From: a virus
Virus record (IMG/VR): IMGVR_UViG_2920580016_000001
Coordinates: 1,614 to 65,613 of that record
Reading direction: 5' to 3' (one strand)
DNA: 64,000 bases
Shown one piece after another: positions 36,417 through 45,180 of this stretch (the first letter of the stretch is position 1; the number at the start of each line of letters is the position of its first letter). Made by a program: the position numbers and the translations under genes. The notes under the pieces are model-generated. The model saw only the letters and a list, made by a program, of their open reading frames with translations, was not told where the DNA came from and made no database searches.

Positions 36417-36785
36417 ATGACCATGTTCATCGACACAGCCGTCTACGTCGGGCCGGACGGCACCTACTTCGACGTGATCGACGCACTCCCCGACGCCCCT
36501 CCCGGTAGCGTCATCGTCAACGCCTCCGGCATCCTCTTCGGGCTGGAGGCCAACGACCTGCGCCTGCTGCTCAGCATGCTCGGCCCGGACGCCACGCACG
36601 GCCAGGTCTCGCTCCTGCTCAACGACCCGGACGGCCACCTGTCGCTCGTCGCCACATCTGGGCCGGAGGGCCTGGAGCTCGCGGTCAACTTCCCGGCGTG
36701 CGCGACCAACGCCACGGTCACCATCCCGCACGACCGGTCCGCCGCGGTGCGGGCGGCCATCGAGGAGGCGGCCGGCGATGAGTGA
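36417..36785 (+). CDS. Hypothetical protein (right small-gene array)
   Basis: AAAGGG RBS; GC3-biased. Confidence 0.65.
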   Translation: MTMFIDTAVYVGPDGTYFDVIDALPDAPPGSVIVNASGILFGLEANDLRLLLSMLGPDATHGQVSLLLNDPDGHLSLVATSGPEGLELAVNFPACATNATVTIPHDRSAAVRAAIEEAAGDE

Positions 36786-37125
36786 CGTCTTCCCCAGCAG
36801 AGCCGACTACAACGAGCCCGGCTCGATCGAGATGGAAGTGCACGAGCTGGTGATGCGGTTCTCCTCCGGCGGCCGGTTCCGGCTCGTCGCCATGCTCTAC
36901 ATGCTGCCGTCCGAGCCGCCGAAGGTGGGCGGCCAGTGGCCACGCATCCTATTCGCCGAGTACGCCAACGATGGGCACGAGGTGCCGATCCTGTTCGGGA
37001 CCGAAGCCCTGCCGGGTGAGGCGTACGAGGCGTTCCCTGATGATCAGGTCGTTGTCATCCCGATACCGCCGCAGGAGGCGGCGCGGGAGCTCGAACTGGC
37101 GGCGAGGGAGCGGATCGATGGCTAG
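36778..37125 (+). CDS. Hypothetical protein (right array)
   Basis: Overlapping coupling; GGAGG RBS. Confidence 0.65.
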   Translation: MSDVFPSRADYNEPGSIEMEVHELVMRFSSGGRFRLVAMLYMLPSEPPKVGGQWPRILFAEYANDGHEVPILFGTEALPGEAYEAFPDDQVVVIPIPPQEAARELELAARERIDG

Positions 37126-37525
37126 CTTCGCTCACCTTGCGTACGTCCTGGAGCGGGCGGCCGACATCATGCTCGGCGACCACACCCTCGACCCGGAGGA
37201 AGCACTGGCTCGCGCGGTCTGGGGCGGCGAGCCGTGCACCAAGGAGTACGGCCCGGACTTGGACGCGTTCTACATCGCCTCCAGGATCATCGAACTCCAG
37301 GACCGGTTCACCTCCTGGGAGACCACAGGCATCGACCCGGACGCCACGCACGTCCGCGACATCCCCCACGCGCAGGCCCGGAGCGCGGCCCGGCACATGG
37401 CCGAGCTGTTCCACCGCATCGACTACGCCGGCTACCGCCCTCGCGTCGAGGATGACGACCTGGACGTGGTGGCGCGGCTGATGTGGGAGCAGGCGCACGG
37501 CGTCGAGTTGGCGAGGTGCCCATGA
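37118..37525 (+). CDS. Hypothetical protein (right array)
   Basis: MASFAHLAYVLERAADIM; GGGAG RBS. Confidence 0.65.
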   Translation: MASFAHLAYVLERAADIMLGDHTLDPEEALARAVWGGEPCTKEYGPDLDAFYIASRIIELQDRFTSWETTGIDPDATHVRDIPHAQARSAARHMAELFHRIDYAGYRPRVEDDDLDVVARLMWEQAHGVELARCP

Positions 37526-37812
37526 GCGCGAACTTCACCCTTTCCGCCCAGGTCGTGGACGCCGCCGCCGATCTGCTGGAGTCTGACGCCACGCTGAACC
37601 CGCGCAAAGCGCTGGAACAGGCGGTGAGCTCGGCCGGGATCGCCCCCGAGGAGGCCGACCCGCTCACGAACGACGCGGACTTCCTCATCACTGCCCGGCA
37701 CGCCGGCGGGCACGGCTATGCCGACCTGTTCGACCTGGCCGACGTGGCCCGTGACGAGGCGATCCTCGCGATGCGGGCGGCTGCCGCCGAGTATCGGAGG
37801 TACAGCGCATGA
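37522..37812 (+). CDS. Hypothetical protein, apparent paralogue of the preceding gene
   Basis: VDAAADLLESDATLNPRKALEQAV versus LERAADIMLGDHTLDPEEALARAV. Confidence 0.65.
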   Translation: MSANFTLSAQVVDAAADLLESDATLNPRKALEQAVSSAGIAPEEADPLTNDADFLITARHAGGHGYADLFDLADVARDEAILAMRAAAAEYRRYSA

Positions 37813-38057
37813 GCGACTCCACGGCACGCAGCATGCGTCATCTGGACACCGAGGACGACGTGCGCGCTTTCGCCGTCGAGCACGGGTTCGACGTCGGAGC
37901 GCAGTTCGGCAGCCTGTACGTGTACCTGCCAAGCCGGTCCGCCACGATCGGGGACACGATCATCGACAACGGTCCCGGCGCGGAGTACCGGTACGAGGTC
38001 TACAACACGGCGACGTCGGGGGCTCGGAACTGGAACCTCGACGATGAGCCCGAATAG
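37809..38057 (+). CDS. Hypothetical protein (right array)
   Basis: ATGA-coupled; GGAGG RBS. Confidence 0.6.
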   Translation: MSDSTARSMRHLDTEDDVRAFAVEHGFDVGAQFGSLYVYLPSRSATIGDTIIDNGPGAEYRYEVYNTATSGARNWNLDDEPE

Positions 38058-38084
38058 GGTCCGCCTCGACCAGGAAGGAGCACC

Positions 38085-38321
38085 ATGAACGCCGTCACGG
38101 AAGAGATCATCACGCACGCGGCGGCTGAGGCCGGGATCGCCCTGAACGGCCAGGCCGCGCGGGTGGCCGAACTGGTGGAGTCGCGCCTGCCCGACACCGA
38201 CGACGGCTACACCCGCGACGACATCTCCTACGAGCTGGACGCCGCGCTGCCCGAGGTGGGCATCGAGTTCACCACGGATGAGGTGTGGGAGATGGCCGCC
38301 GTGGTGTGCAACTGGATCTGA
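38085..38321 (+). CDS. Small acidic protein (last gene of the right array)
   Basis: AAGGAG RBS; strongly acidic. Confidence 0.7.
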   Translation: MNAVTEEIITHAAAEAGIALNGQAARVAELVESRLPDTDDGYTRDDISYELDAALPEVGIEFTTDEVWEMAAVVCNWI

Positions 38322-38334
38322 CGTCGCACGCAAG

Positions 38335-38361
38335 GGAGCCCGCCGCCTGTCGGCGGGCTCC
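38335..38361 (+). terminator. Terminator closing the right array
   Basis: GGAGCCCGCCG-cctgt-CGGCGGGCTCC followed by TGTATGTT. Confidence 0.8.
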
Positions 38362-38486
38362 TGTATGTTCAAGGGCAGGTCGGTGCTCGTTCGGCCGGAT
38401 CGCCCCTCCTTGACAGCCTTGGGCTGAGGATTTCATCACGGCCGTGCACGCCAGGCCAGCCCTACAAGATCGCAGGAGCACTTGAC

Positions 38487-38960
38487 GTGTCGGATGAGCC
38501 GAAACAGCCCGAGCGGGCGCAGCAGACCGATAACCAGTTCCGAATCGCACTGCTCACCGCCAGTGCCGCTCTGGGAGGGGCTGTCGTTGGCGCTTTAGCC
38601 ACATTCGCCGGGGTCGTCTATCAGGCCGATTCCACACGTGAACAAGCCCTTCGCCAGGAGCGCCAGGTCGCCTACACACAGCTGAATGTCGCCTTTGACC
38701 GCTTCAATACCGCACAAAAGGATGACCGGTGTGCGCGATATGACGAACTTCTACCGGCATACGCAACAGTGCGGCTCCTTGCACCCTCCATTGTCGCCGC
38801 CCACGCGGGCTTGGCTGTAGAAGCCGCTCGGCGCCAATGCCTCGCCATCAGCAGCACAGGACAGGGCTTCAGCGAGGATCAGAACAAACTTATCCGTGAC
38901 ATCGTGCGACCATTCACCGAGGCAGCGCGTAAAGACCTAGGCGTTCACCCCGAGGACTGA
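38487..38960 (+). CDS. Membrane-anchored protein (moron)
   Basis: Lower GC; N-terminal TM; RQERQVAY and F..AARKDLG; AGGAG RBS; TTGACA at 38410. Confidence 0.7.
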   Translation: MSDEPKQPERAQQTDNQFRIALLTASAALGGAVVGALATFAGVVYQADSTREQALRQERQVAYTQLNVAFDRFNTAQKDDRCARYDELLPAYATVRLLAPSIVAAHAGLAVEAARRQCLAISSTGQGFSEDQNKLIRDIVRPFTEAARKDLGVHPED

Positions 38961-39138
38961 TCCCGCTCCGGGAAGATGTCCGGCCAGTCCACCGGCGTCC
39001 AGGCCAGCGCCGCGTACAGCCTCGTCCAGGCGTCCGCGATGGCCACGCAATTGGTGACGTGCCCCGTGTCCTGGATGTGCTCGGCTGCCTGGTCCAGCAA
39101 CTCCCCCGCCTTGCCGCGGCCAGCTCGGCGGGCGTCAC
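38945..39138 (-). CDS. Small hypothetical protein (frame uncertain, possibly frameshifted)
   Basis: GTGA-coupled start MTPAELAAAR; the plausible C-terminus (ELLDQAAEHI...ADAWTRL) lies in another frame. Confidence 0.3.
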
Positions 39139-39362
39139 GCCGACACCTCCGGCTTGTCCTTGGCGCGGGGGCGGTGGTCGCCGCCGCGGTGCCGCAGTTC
39201 GACGCCCGCCTCCTCCAGCAGCGTGTGGATGAACCCGTACGAGCGGCTGATCGACTCGGCGAGCTCGCGGATGGATTCGCCCGCCTGGTAGCGGCCGGCG
39301 ACGAGCTGGGCGAGCAGGTGGCGTTCGGCGCCCAGGATGCGGACGCGAGGCTTGAGCTGCAT
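39135..39362 (-). CDS. Helix-turn-helix protein (actinobacterial small HTH)
   Basis: RYQAGESIRELAESISRSYGFIHTLLEEAGVELR.RGG; AAGGA RBS. Confidence 0.8.
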   Translation of the reverse strand: MQLKPRVRILGAERHLLAQLVAGRYQAGESIRELAESISRSYGFIHTLLEEAGVELRHRGGDHRPRAKDKPEVSA

Positions 39363-39447
39363 GAGGGGTCCTTCTGCTCCTGAGAATGGGGCACTGCCGA
39401 ATACGTCAGATCGGTAGTCACGGAGGCACACCCAGCGCTAACTTTGA

Positions 39448-39816
39448 GTGATGCAGGCCCAAGCACTCGGGGTGTTAGAGGCCGCGCTCTGGGGCTTGGC
39501 CGGCGGCGGCGCCGCCGCACTGGTGTCACTGATCGCGGCTATCAAGGCCGCGGGCTACCGTTGGCCCTGGCGCGGCAAAGACCGCACCGACCAGGAGATA
39601 CGTGAGCACTTCTGGGCCCGGTTCGCCGTGCTCGGCGGATCCCTGCTGCTCGGCTCGATCGTCGCGGCAGCCGCGCACGGGCAGATGAGCGGCCCCTGGC
39701 CAGCCTTCCTGCTCGGCGTGGGAGCCGAAGCCAGTGTGCGTGGCTTGTTGGCGGGGGTAGAGGTGGCCGTGCGTAAGGAGGCGGGCGGAGGTGAGCAGCA
39801 TGCGAACCCGTCCTGA
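39448..39816 (+). CDS. Three-TM membrane protein (moron)
   Basis: Hydrophobic helices; overlaps the pentapeptide gene. Confidence 0.65.
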   Translation: MMQAQALGVLEAALWGLAGGGAAALVSLIAAIKAAGYRWPWRGKDRTDQEIREHFWARFAVLGGSLLLGSIVAAAAHGQMSGPWPAFLLGVGAEASVRGLLAGVEVAVRKEAGGGEQHANPS

Positions 39817-40714
39817 TGCCCTGCTCGCTCGCCTGGCACGGGCAGTTCGCCCCTCCCGCCCCTGGCTGAGAGTGACCGTATCGCCTTGGTGGGCCCGCGT
39901 GCTCATCGCCGCAGGAGCACGTCCAGCACCCGCAGACAGCATGGCCGTCAGCTTCCCTCCCGTAGGGGCTGCGCATGGCGTAGGACCGGGCGCGGACCTA
40001 AGGGGCGCGGACCTAAGGGGCGCGGACCTAAGGGGCGCGGACCTAAGGGGCGCGGACCTAAGGGGCGCGGACCTAAGGGGCGCGGACCTAAGGGGCGCGG
40101 ACCTAAGGGGCGCGGACCTGACCGGCGCGAACCTGAACGACACGACCCTTATCGGCGTGCACCTGAACTTCGCGCTGTTGCCCAACGCGAACCTGAGCGG
40201 CGCGCTCCTGGAGGGCGCGGACCTGACCAGTGCGAACCTCACCCACGCGATTCTGTCCGTCGCGGACCTCACCCACGCGGACCTGAGCCGCGCGAACCTG
40301 AACAGCGCGGACCTGGTCTACGCGAGCCTATACCGCGCACATCTGCGCAGCGCGCACCTGCACCACGCGCACATGGACGAGGCGGACCTGAGCCGCGCGG
40401 ACCTGAGCGACGCGGACCTGACCGGCGCGAACCTGAGGCACGCGGACCTGACCGGCGCGAACCTCACCCACGCGAACCTGACCAGTGCGAACCTCACCCA
40501 CGCGAACCTGACCAGTGCGAACCTCACCCACGCGAACCTGACCGGGACGCGCCTCGACGGCGCGAACCTGCGTGGCGTGGTGTGGAGTGAGCAGACTCAG
40601 TGGCCCACGGACAAGTGGAAAGAGCACATGCGGAAAGCGTCTGATCAGTTGCCCGACGGGCGACTACGGGTCCGTGCCGAAGGCACTTCGGACTCTGCAC
40701 CGATCCTCGTGTGA
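39791..40714 (+). CDS. Pentapeptide-repeat protein (A[D/N]Lxx)
   Basis: Long run of ADL/ANL pentapeptides; ends W...T.WP. Confidence 0.88.
   Translation: MSSMRTRPDALLARLARAVRPSRPWLRVTVSPWWARVLIAAGARPAPADSMAVSFPPVGAAHGVGPGADLRGADLRGADLRGADLRGADLRGADLRGADLRGADLRGADLTGANLNDTTLIGVHLNFALLPNANLSGALLEGADLTSANLTHAILSVADLTHADLSRANLNSADLVYASLYRAHLRSAHLHHAHMDEADLSRADLSDADLTGANLRHADLTGANLTHANLTSANLTHANLTSANLTHANLTGTRLDGANLRGVVWSEQTQWPTDKWKEHMRKASDQLPDGRLRVRAEGTSDSAPILV
39989..40108 (+). repeat. Perfect 15-bp tandem repeat x8 (GGCGCGGACCTAAGG, GADLR)
   Basis: Eight identical units counted directly, followed by a ninth variant. Confidence 0.95.
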
Positions 40715-40722
40715 TCACCTGG

Positions 40723-40968
40723 TCACGCCGCTCGGCGGGCAGCGCGTAGCTCGTCGCGGTCCTCCGCCGTGGTCGGTACGGGACGGCCGGCCCAGATGCA
40801 CCACTCGATGAGGGCGAGGTCGGCGTAGTCGTACACGGTTTCCCGCCCGGCGCGGCCGAGGATGCGCGCCTTGTAGCGGGACGCCCATTTCCGGATGGTG
40901 CACGGCTCCCGTTCGAGCCGGCGGGCGGCTTCGCGGGCGGTCACGGGGGATGGCGGGGTCACGTTCAC
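40723..40968 (-). CDS. MerR/excisionase-like HTH protein
   Basis: VTAREAARRLEREPCTIRKWASRY...YDYADL; start uncertain. Confidence 0.7.
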   Translation of the reverse strand: MNVTPPSPVTAREAARRLEREPCTIRKWASRYKARILGRAGRETVYDYADLALIEWCIWAGRPVPTTAEDRDELRAARRAA

Positions 40969-41243
40969 CCCGCTTTCGCTGTTCTGTCCCGGATTGATCG
41001 AGGCGCTGAGATGGCCGTAGACGCGCGAACAGGCCACGGCCGATAGGAGAGGGTGGGGGCGGCACACGCACCGGCAGAAACGCGTCCAGTCCCGCGTCTC
41101 GCGTACGCCCAGCTCACAAGGGGGGAAGGTGGGCATAGGGGTGCCGCCCGCACGAAGTGTGACACACATGATCGCGTGGGCGCAACCGTTGGCGGCACCG
41201 CCAACGATCAGCGCCCCAATGCCGTTTCGGGGCATGCACCGAC

Positions 41244-41594
41244 TCAGTCAAAGGCGGTGACACGAAAGACGGGAACGAAGACAACCGCAACGATCAACAC
41301 CAACAGGCAGAGCCCGATCACAAGGAACGTCCAGACGTTGAACCAGCGGAACCCGATCGTAAGAAGTGCCAGCACCTCGCCAGCAATGAAGATGAGCCCA
41401 AGCACGAAGGCGGTCCAATACGCCCTGTTCACGTCCTCATTCGCCATCTTGATCTGCCCCGAGGCCCCGCTCTTATCCGCCTCGTTGAGTTCGCGTTGCA
41501 GGGATCGAAGGATGAAGCTGAACTCGACCGCTAAGGCGATCATAAGAGTCGGCAGGACCTGCGCAGCCGTAGTGTAGAACGCTTCTGAACCCAT
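41244..41594 (-). CDS. Small three-TM membrane protein (copy 1)
   Basis: MGSEAFYTTAAQVLPTLMIALAVE...IGFRWFNVW. Confidence 0.75.
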   Translation of the reverse strand: MGSEAFYTTAAQVLPTLMIALAVEFSFILRSLQRELNEADKSGASGQIKMANEDVNRAYWTAFVLGLIFIAGEVLALLTIGFRWFNVWTFLVIGLCLLVLIVAVVFVPVFRVTAFD

Positions 41595-41961
41595 ACCAGT
41601 TATTCGCGGTCAGATCGCCGAATGTTCCAGGATTGCGTCCTGTCCGCGTGAAATACGGCCGGGGATGGGGTCGGTTACACAGGGGGCACGCGATCCACGA
41701 GGACCTTCGCCTCTTCACCGCGGCGTCCCTGGCATAGGCAGGGGATGCGCTCGGAGGCAGGCATGCGGTAAGCCGTACCGCTCACGATAGCCGACACGTC
41801 ATGATCACGCGCGTGCTCGGACGCAACCACCACTCGTACCGTGACATATGCGGTCAATGTCCGCTTACTGGCCTGGTCCGGAGACTTCTGCTCAATTATG
41901 ATCAACTAAAAGATTATTCAACCTGAGGGCGGGCCGAGCCCTATCGTCGAAAGGATCAACG

Positions 41962-42480
41962 ATGTTCCGACTCCGGCAGATAGCCACCGTCCTAGCAGCG
42001 CCTCTGCTTCTCATGAGCATGGTCGCGGGCGCGGGAACCGCATCAGCGAGTTCACGGAACGAAAGTTCCGGCACAGCGGTGCTCTCCGGCACGCCCGGAC
42101 CATTCAAGATCGCCAATCATCAAGCCTTGGGGTTGTGCCTTGACACCACCGGCACCCTCAGTCACGGCGTTTACCTGGGCCGTTGCAACAGCGGCGACCC
42201 CGGCCAGAGGTGGGGCTGGTGGAACGGTGGGTGGCTCATCCACCTCCAAAGCGGCTACTGCCTAGCCGCTGTAACCGTAGCCGGTGTCAATGTGGCCCAG
42301 TTACAGCACTGCATTGACCATCGCACCCAGTATTGGACGCACCAGAACTTCGCCATTCTCAACACGAGCACGGGCACCAACCGTTGCCTGGATCCCGCTG
42401 CCGCTGTGGAGGGGGCAGACGTGGAGCCCATAACCTGCTTCACCACTCCCGCGCAGGGGTGGTCGGTGACCTACTGGTAG
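41962..42480 (+). CDS. Secreted ricin-B (beta-trefoil) lectin-domain protein
   Basis: Signal peptide (ASA-S); GLCLD, three QxW repeats (QRW, QYW, QGW), paired Cys; AAAGGA RBS. Confidence 0.88.
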   Translation: MFRLRQIATVLAAPLLLMSMVAGAGTASASSRNESSGTAVLSGTPGPFKIANHQALGLCLDTTGTLSHGVYLGRCNSGDPGQRWGWWNGGWLIHLQSGYCLAAVTVAGVNVAQLQHCIDHRTQYWTHQNFAILNTSTGTNRCLDPAAAVEGADVEPITCFTTPAQGWSVTYW

Positions 42481-42618
42481 TGACGCCCGGCTCGCACATC
42501 GCGGAATACTTCGCACGTCACCGCCGTCGCCGGGTGCACCTGCGGCGGCGGCATGCAATGGCACGAGACCACCTGCGCCCTGTGGGGCTGCCCGCCGGCC
42601 AGGGCCCCTCATCAACGA

Positions 42619-42900
42619 TCACGCGCCTGCCTCTTCGATCACGAGCCGCACCTTCACCGGCGTCAACAACACCGCAGGCTCCACCCCAAGCAGGCCCGCC
42701 AGGATCACCAGCTCGTCCACGTCCACCCGACGTCGGCCCCGCTCGATCGCCGACAGTGCGAACCGGTCCAGACGATGCCCGCGCGCCGCCGACACCTCCT
42801 CTACGCGGTCGGCCGAGACGCGGCGGGCCTTCCGTAGGACGCGCACGTTCTCCGCGACCACCATCCCCACCTGGCCGACGTGCGGCGCCGACCTGCTCAC
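42619..42900 (-). CDS. XRE-family HTH protein
   Basis: NVRVLRKARRVS...LSAIERGRRRVDVDELVILAGLLGV. Confidence 0.85.
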   Translation of the reverse strand: MSRSAPHVGQVGMVVAENVRVLRKARRVSADRVEEVSAARGHRLDRFALSAIERGRRRVDVDELVILAGLLGVEPAVLLTPVKVRLVIEEAGA

Positions 42901-42946
42901 GCGCTCACCTCCCTAGTCGTTTGTGTGCGGAACCGCGAACGAGCTG

Positions 42947-43708
42947 TCATGCTCCTGCCTCCTCCGTCACCCGGTCCATCGCCTCCGCCTCCGACACGTG
43001 GTGGCCGCAGTTCTCGCACACGTAGTAGCCGGCCCGCGGCTGCCACTCCAGGCGCCGCAGCTCGCAGCCGGGGCAGCGCGCGACCGTCCGGCCGGGCTCG
43101 TCATCCACCAGGCGCCGCAGCCGCGACTCCCACGCGAGCGCCCACTCGACCACGCCGAGCTCCACGGTCTGCTCCGGGTCGTTCACCGCCGACACGACGG
43201 TCAGCCCCTCCAGCGCCAGCACCGCGTCCAGCTTGTCCACCAGCCACGACACCGACCGCGACCTCACTACACCCGACCGGCCGGCGGGCACCAGGTCCGC
43301 CAGCTCCAGCCGCTCCCCCACGTCCCTGCGCAGTCGGAGCAGTTCGCCCGTCAGCGTGTGCACGACGTCGCCTTCCCCCGACAAGCTGCCGTGCGGCCGA
43401 GTCCCGCGCACCCGAGACCACCGCGTTTGCGCCTTCACCACGCCGGGCCGCGCCGCCCACGCCGCCGCCAGTTCGTCCACCACCAGCAGCGCACGACGGC
43501 ACGTCTCCCGGCATCGTCCGCAGTGCAGCGGCTCCCCCGGCCGCCACTCCACGGTCGGCATGACGGGCTCCGGCGGCGGCTCCCCCTCGCCGCCCTCTGC
43601 CAGCCACTTATCGACCGCGTCCGCGTGCGCCTCCCGCTCACGCAAGAACGCCGCCCACGCCTCACGAGCCAGCCGGTTGCACGGCCCCACGCACACCCGA
43701 TCCGACAC
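42947..43708 (-). CDS. Multi-CxxC zinc-ribbon protein (possible late transcription regulator)
   Basis: CVGPC, CGRC, CPGC, CENC; GGAGG RBS. Confidence 0.7.
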   Translation of the reverse strand: MSDRVCVGPCNRLAREAWAAFLREREAHADAVDKWLAEGGEGEPPPEPVMPTVEWRPGEPLHCGRCRETCRRALLVVDELAAAWAARPGVVKAQTRWSRVRGTRPHGSLSGEGDVVHTLTGELLRLRRDVGERLELADLVPAGRSGVVRSRSVSWLVDKLDAVLALEGLTVVSAVNDPEQTVELGVVEWALAWESRLRRLVDDEPGRTVARCPGCELRRLEWQPRAGYYVCENCGHHVSEAEAMDRVTEEAGA

Positions 43709-43825
43709 CAGGACCTCCTCGGCCGCCGCACCCCATGGAACCAGCACACCCTACAAACACCGGGCAAGATCGAAACCATTCAGACACAGCGCGACCGAGG
43801 CCAGCGTTGCGCCACGGCCCCGCAT

Positions 43826-44179
43826 CTACTCCAACGGACTCGTGTGCCGGAAGAGGGGAACTAAGACGACCGCGAGGATCATGAGTAGCAAGCAGATGCC
43901 GATCCCCGTGAAACTCCACACGTTGAACCACCGGAAACCGATCGCGAGGAACGCCCACACCTCGCCGACAAGGAATACGACGCCCACCCCCGTCGCGGTC
44001 CTGACCCAGAAGGTGAATTGGAGCCTTCCCTCCTCAGCCTGAGCTTCGTCCCCCTTCTTCTCCCACTTGCGGGCAGATCGTTGTGCCGCCTGCATCATGA
44101 ACCCGGCCTCTACCGCCAGAGCGATCAGCAGCGTCGGCAGAACCTGCGCGGCCGTGGTGTAGAACGCTTCTGAACCCAT
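43826..44179 (-). CDS. Small three-TM membrane protein (copy 2, paralogue of 41244..41594)
   Basis: MGSEAFYTTAAQVLPTLLIALAVE...IGFRWFNVW. Confidence 0.75.
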   Translation of the reverse strand: MGSEAFYTTAAQVLPTLLIALAVEAGFMMQAAQRSARKWEKKGDEAQAEEGRLQFTFWVRTATGVGVVFLVGEVWAFLAIGFRWFNVWSFTGIGICLLLMILAVVLVPLFRHTSPLE

Positions 44180-44362
44180 ACCAGGTGATCGCCTCCAAAC
44201 CGCAGGCCGTTCCACGCCCGCGAATCACACCCTCTCCTCGCTGACGATCAACGCCCTTCGACCACGACCCCGCATCGTCACGGCAAGATCAAAACCATTC
44301 GCGAAAAACAAGCGCGAGGTACCTCCGGCCGGCCGCCGGGTGGGGGGTACGGGGGCATGCGT

Positions 44363-44393
44363 GAGCCCCCGCGCGGTGGTCGCGCGGGGGCTC
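44363..44393 (-). terminator. GC-rich hairpin
   Basis: 13-bp stem GAGCCCCCGCGCG-gtggt-CGCGCGGGGGCTC after the 44408 stop. Confidence 0.7.
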
Positions 44394-44407
44394 GCTCGCG
44401 GTCCGGT

Positions 44408-45103
44408 TCAGGCGCGGGTGCGCGCTTCGCGGATCACGTTCTGCACCTTGCGGAGCGCGTCCGTGATGGGCGCGATGTCTCCGGCGTTGCCGTTGCGTGC
44501 GGCGGCGGCCAGCGCGGGGAGGAGGCGGAGCGCGGCTTGCGCGTAGGAGGCGTTCTCGTCGTCCCTGCTCTCCGAGACGGACACCTCGTGTTCCCACGTG
44601 GCGCGCGGGTAGGCCACGCAGCATGCGCCTAGGCCGTTGACGTCCACAATGACCGGAAGCGTGACCCGGCACGCGGCCAGCACAGCGGCCATCTCGCGGG
44701 CGGCTTCCCGCGCGGCGGCCAGCGCTTCCCCGGCTCCGGGGTGGAGCACGGGCGCGCTTGTGATCTCCGCGATGCTGATGTGCTCGATCGTCGCGCCGTG
44801 CGGGCGTACGAGCCGATACGCGGTGTGGTCGCAGTCGTGGCACGTGTCGGCGACCCACCATGAGCCGTGCTGGTTGCGGCGGTCTCCGGCGTAGGTGACC
44901 ACCGATCCGCGCGGCAGAAACACCAGCAGGTTGGAGCGGGCGCGCTGCACGCGGGAAGCGTGGTCGGCCGTCAGCGCGGCGGCGTAGGGGCACTCGACGT
45001 CGGGGCGGCACAGGCTGCACGCTTCGCGGTGCTGGATGCGGTCGGCTTGGATCATGCGGACGGCGGCGGCGCTGTTGACGGCGAGTGTGGCGAAGCTGGT
45101 CAT
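44408..45103 (-). CDS. Cys/His-rich hypothetical protein
   Basis: H...C..C....CP and CHDC; GAAAGGG RBS. Confidence 0.7.
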   Translation of the reverse strand: MTSFATLAVNSAAAVRMIQADRIQHREACSLCRPDVECPYAAALTADHASRVQRARSNLLVFLPRGSVVTYAGDRRNQHGSWWVADTCHDCDHTAYRLVRPHGATIEHISIAEITSAPVLHPGAGEALAAAREAAREMAAVLAACRVTLPVIVDVNGLGACCVAYPRATWEHEVSVSESRDDENASYAQAALRLLPALAAAARNGNAGDIAPITDALRKVQNVIREARTRA

Positions 45104-45141
45104 GATCTGCCCTTTCGGGTCGTGGCTGGTTGGTGGTGAGG

Positions 45142-45173
45142 GCTCCCGCCCCCGGTGGCGCGGGGGCGGGAGC
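45142..45173 (-). terminator. GC-rich hairpin
   Basis: GCTCCCGCCCCCG-gtggcg-CGGGGGCGGGAGC after the 45181 stop. Confidence 0.7.
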
Positions 45174-45180
45174 GGTGGTG

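Noticed and set aside
31944-38321. Classical integron (tyrosine recombinase plus cassette array)
   Set aside because: The genes overlap by ATGA/GTGA, leaving no room for attC sites, and I do not see the IntI-specific insertion in the recombinase.
42481-42615. Cys-rich fragment (VAGCTCGGGMQWHETTC) as a gene
   Set aside because: No convincing start or RBS; at most a gene remnant, too weak to call.
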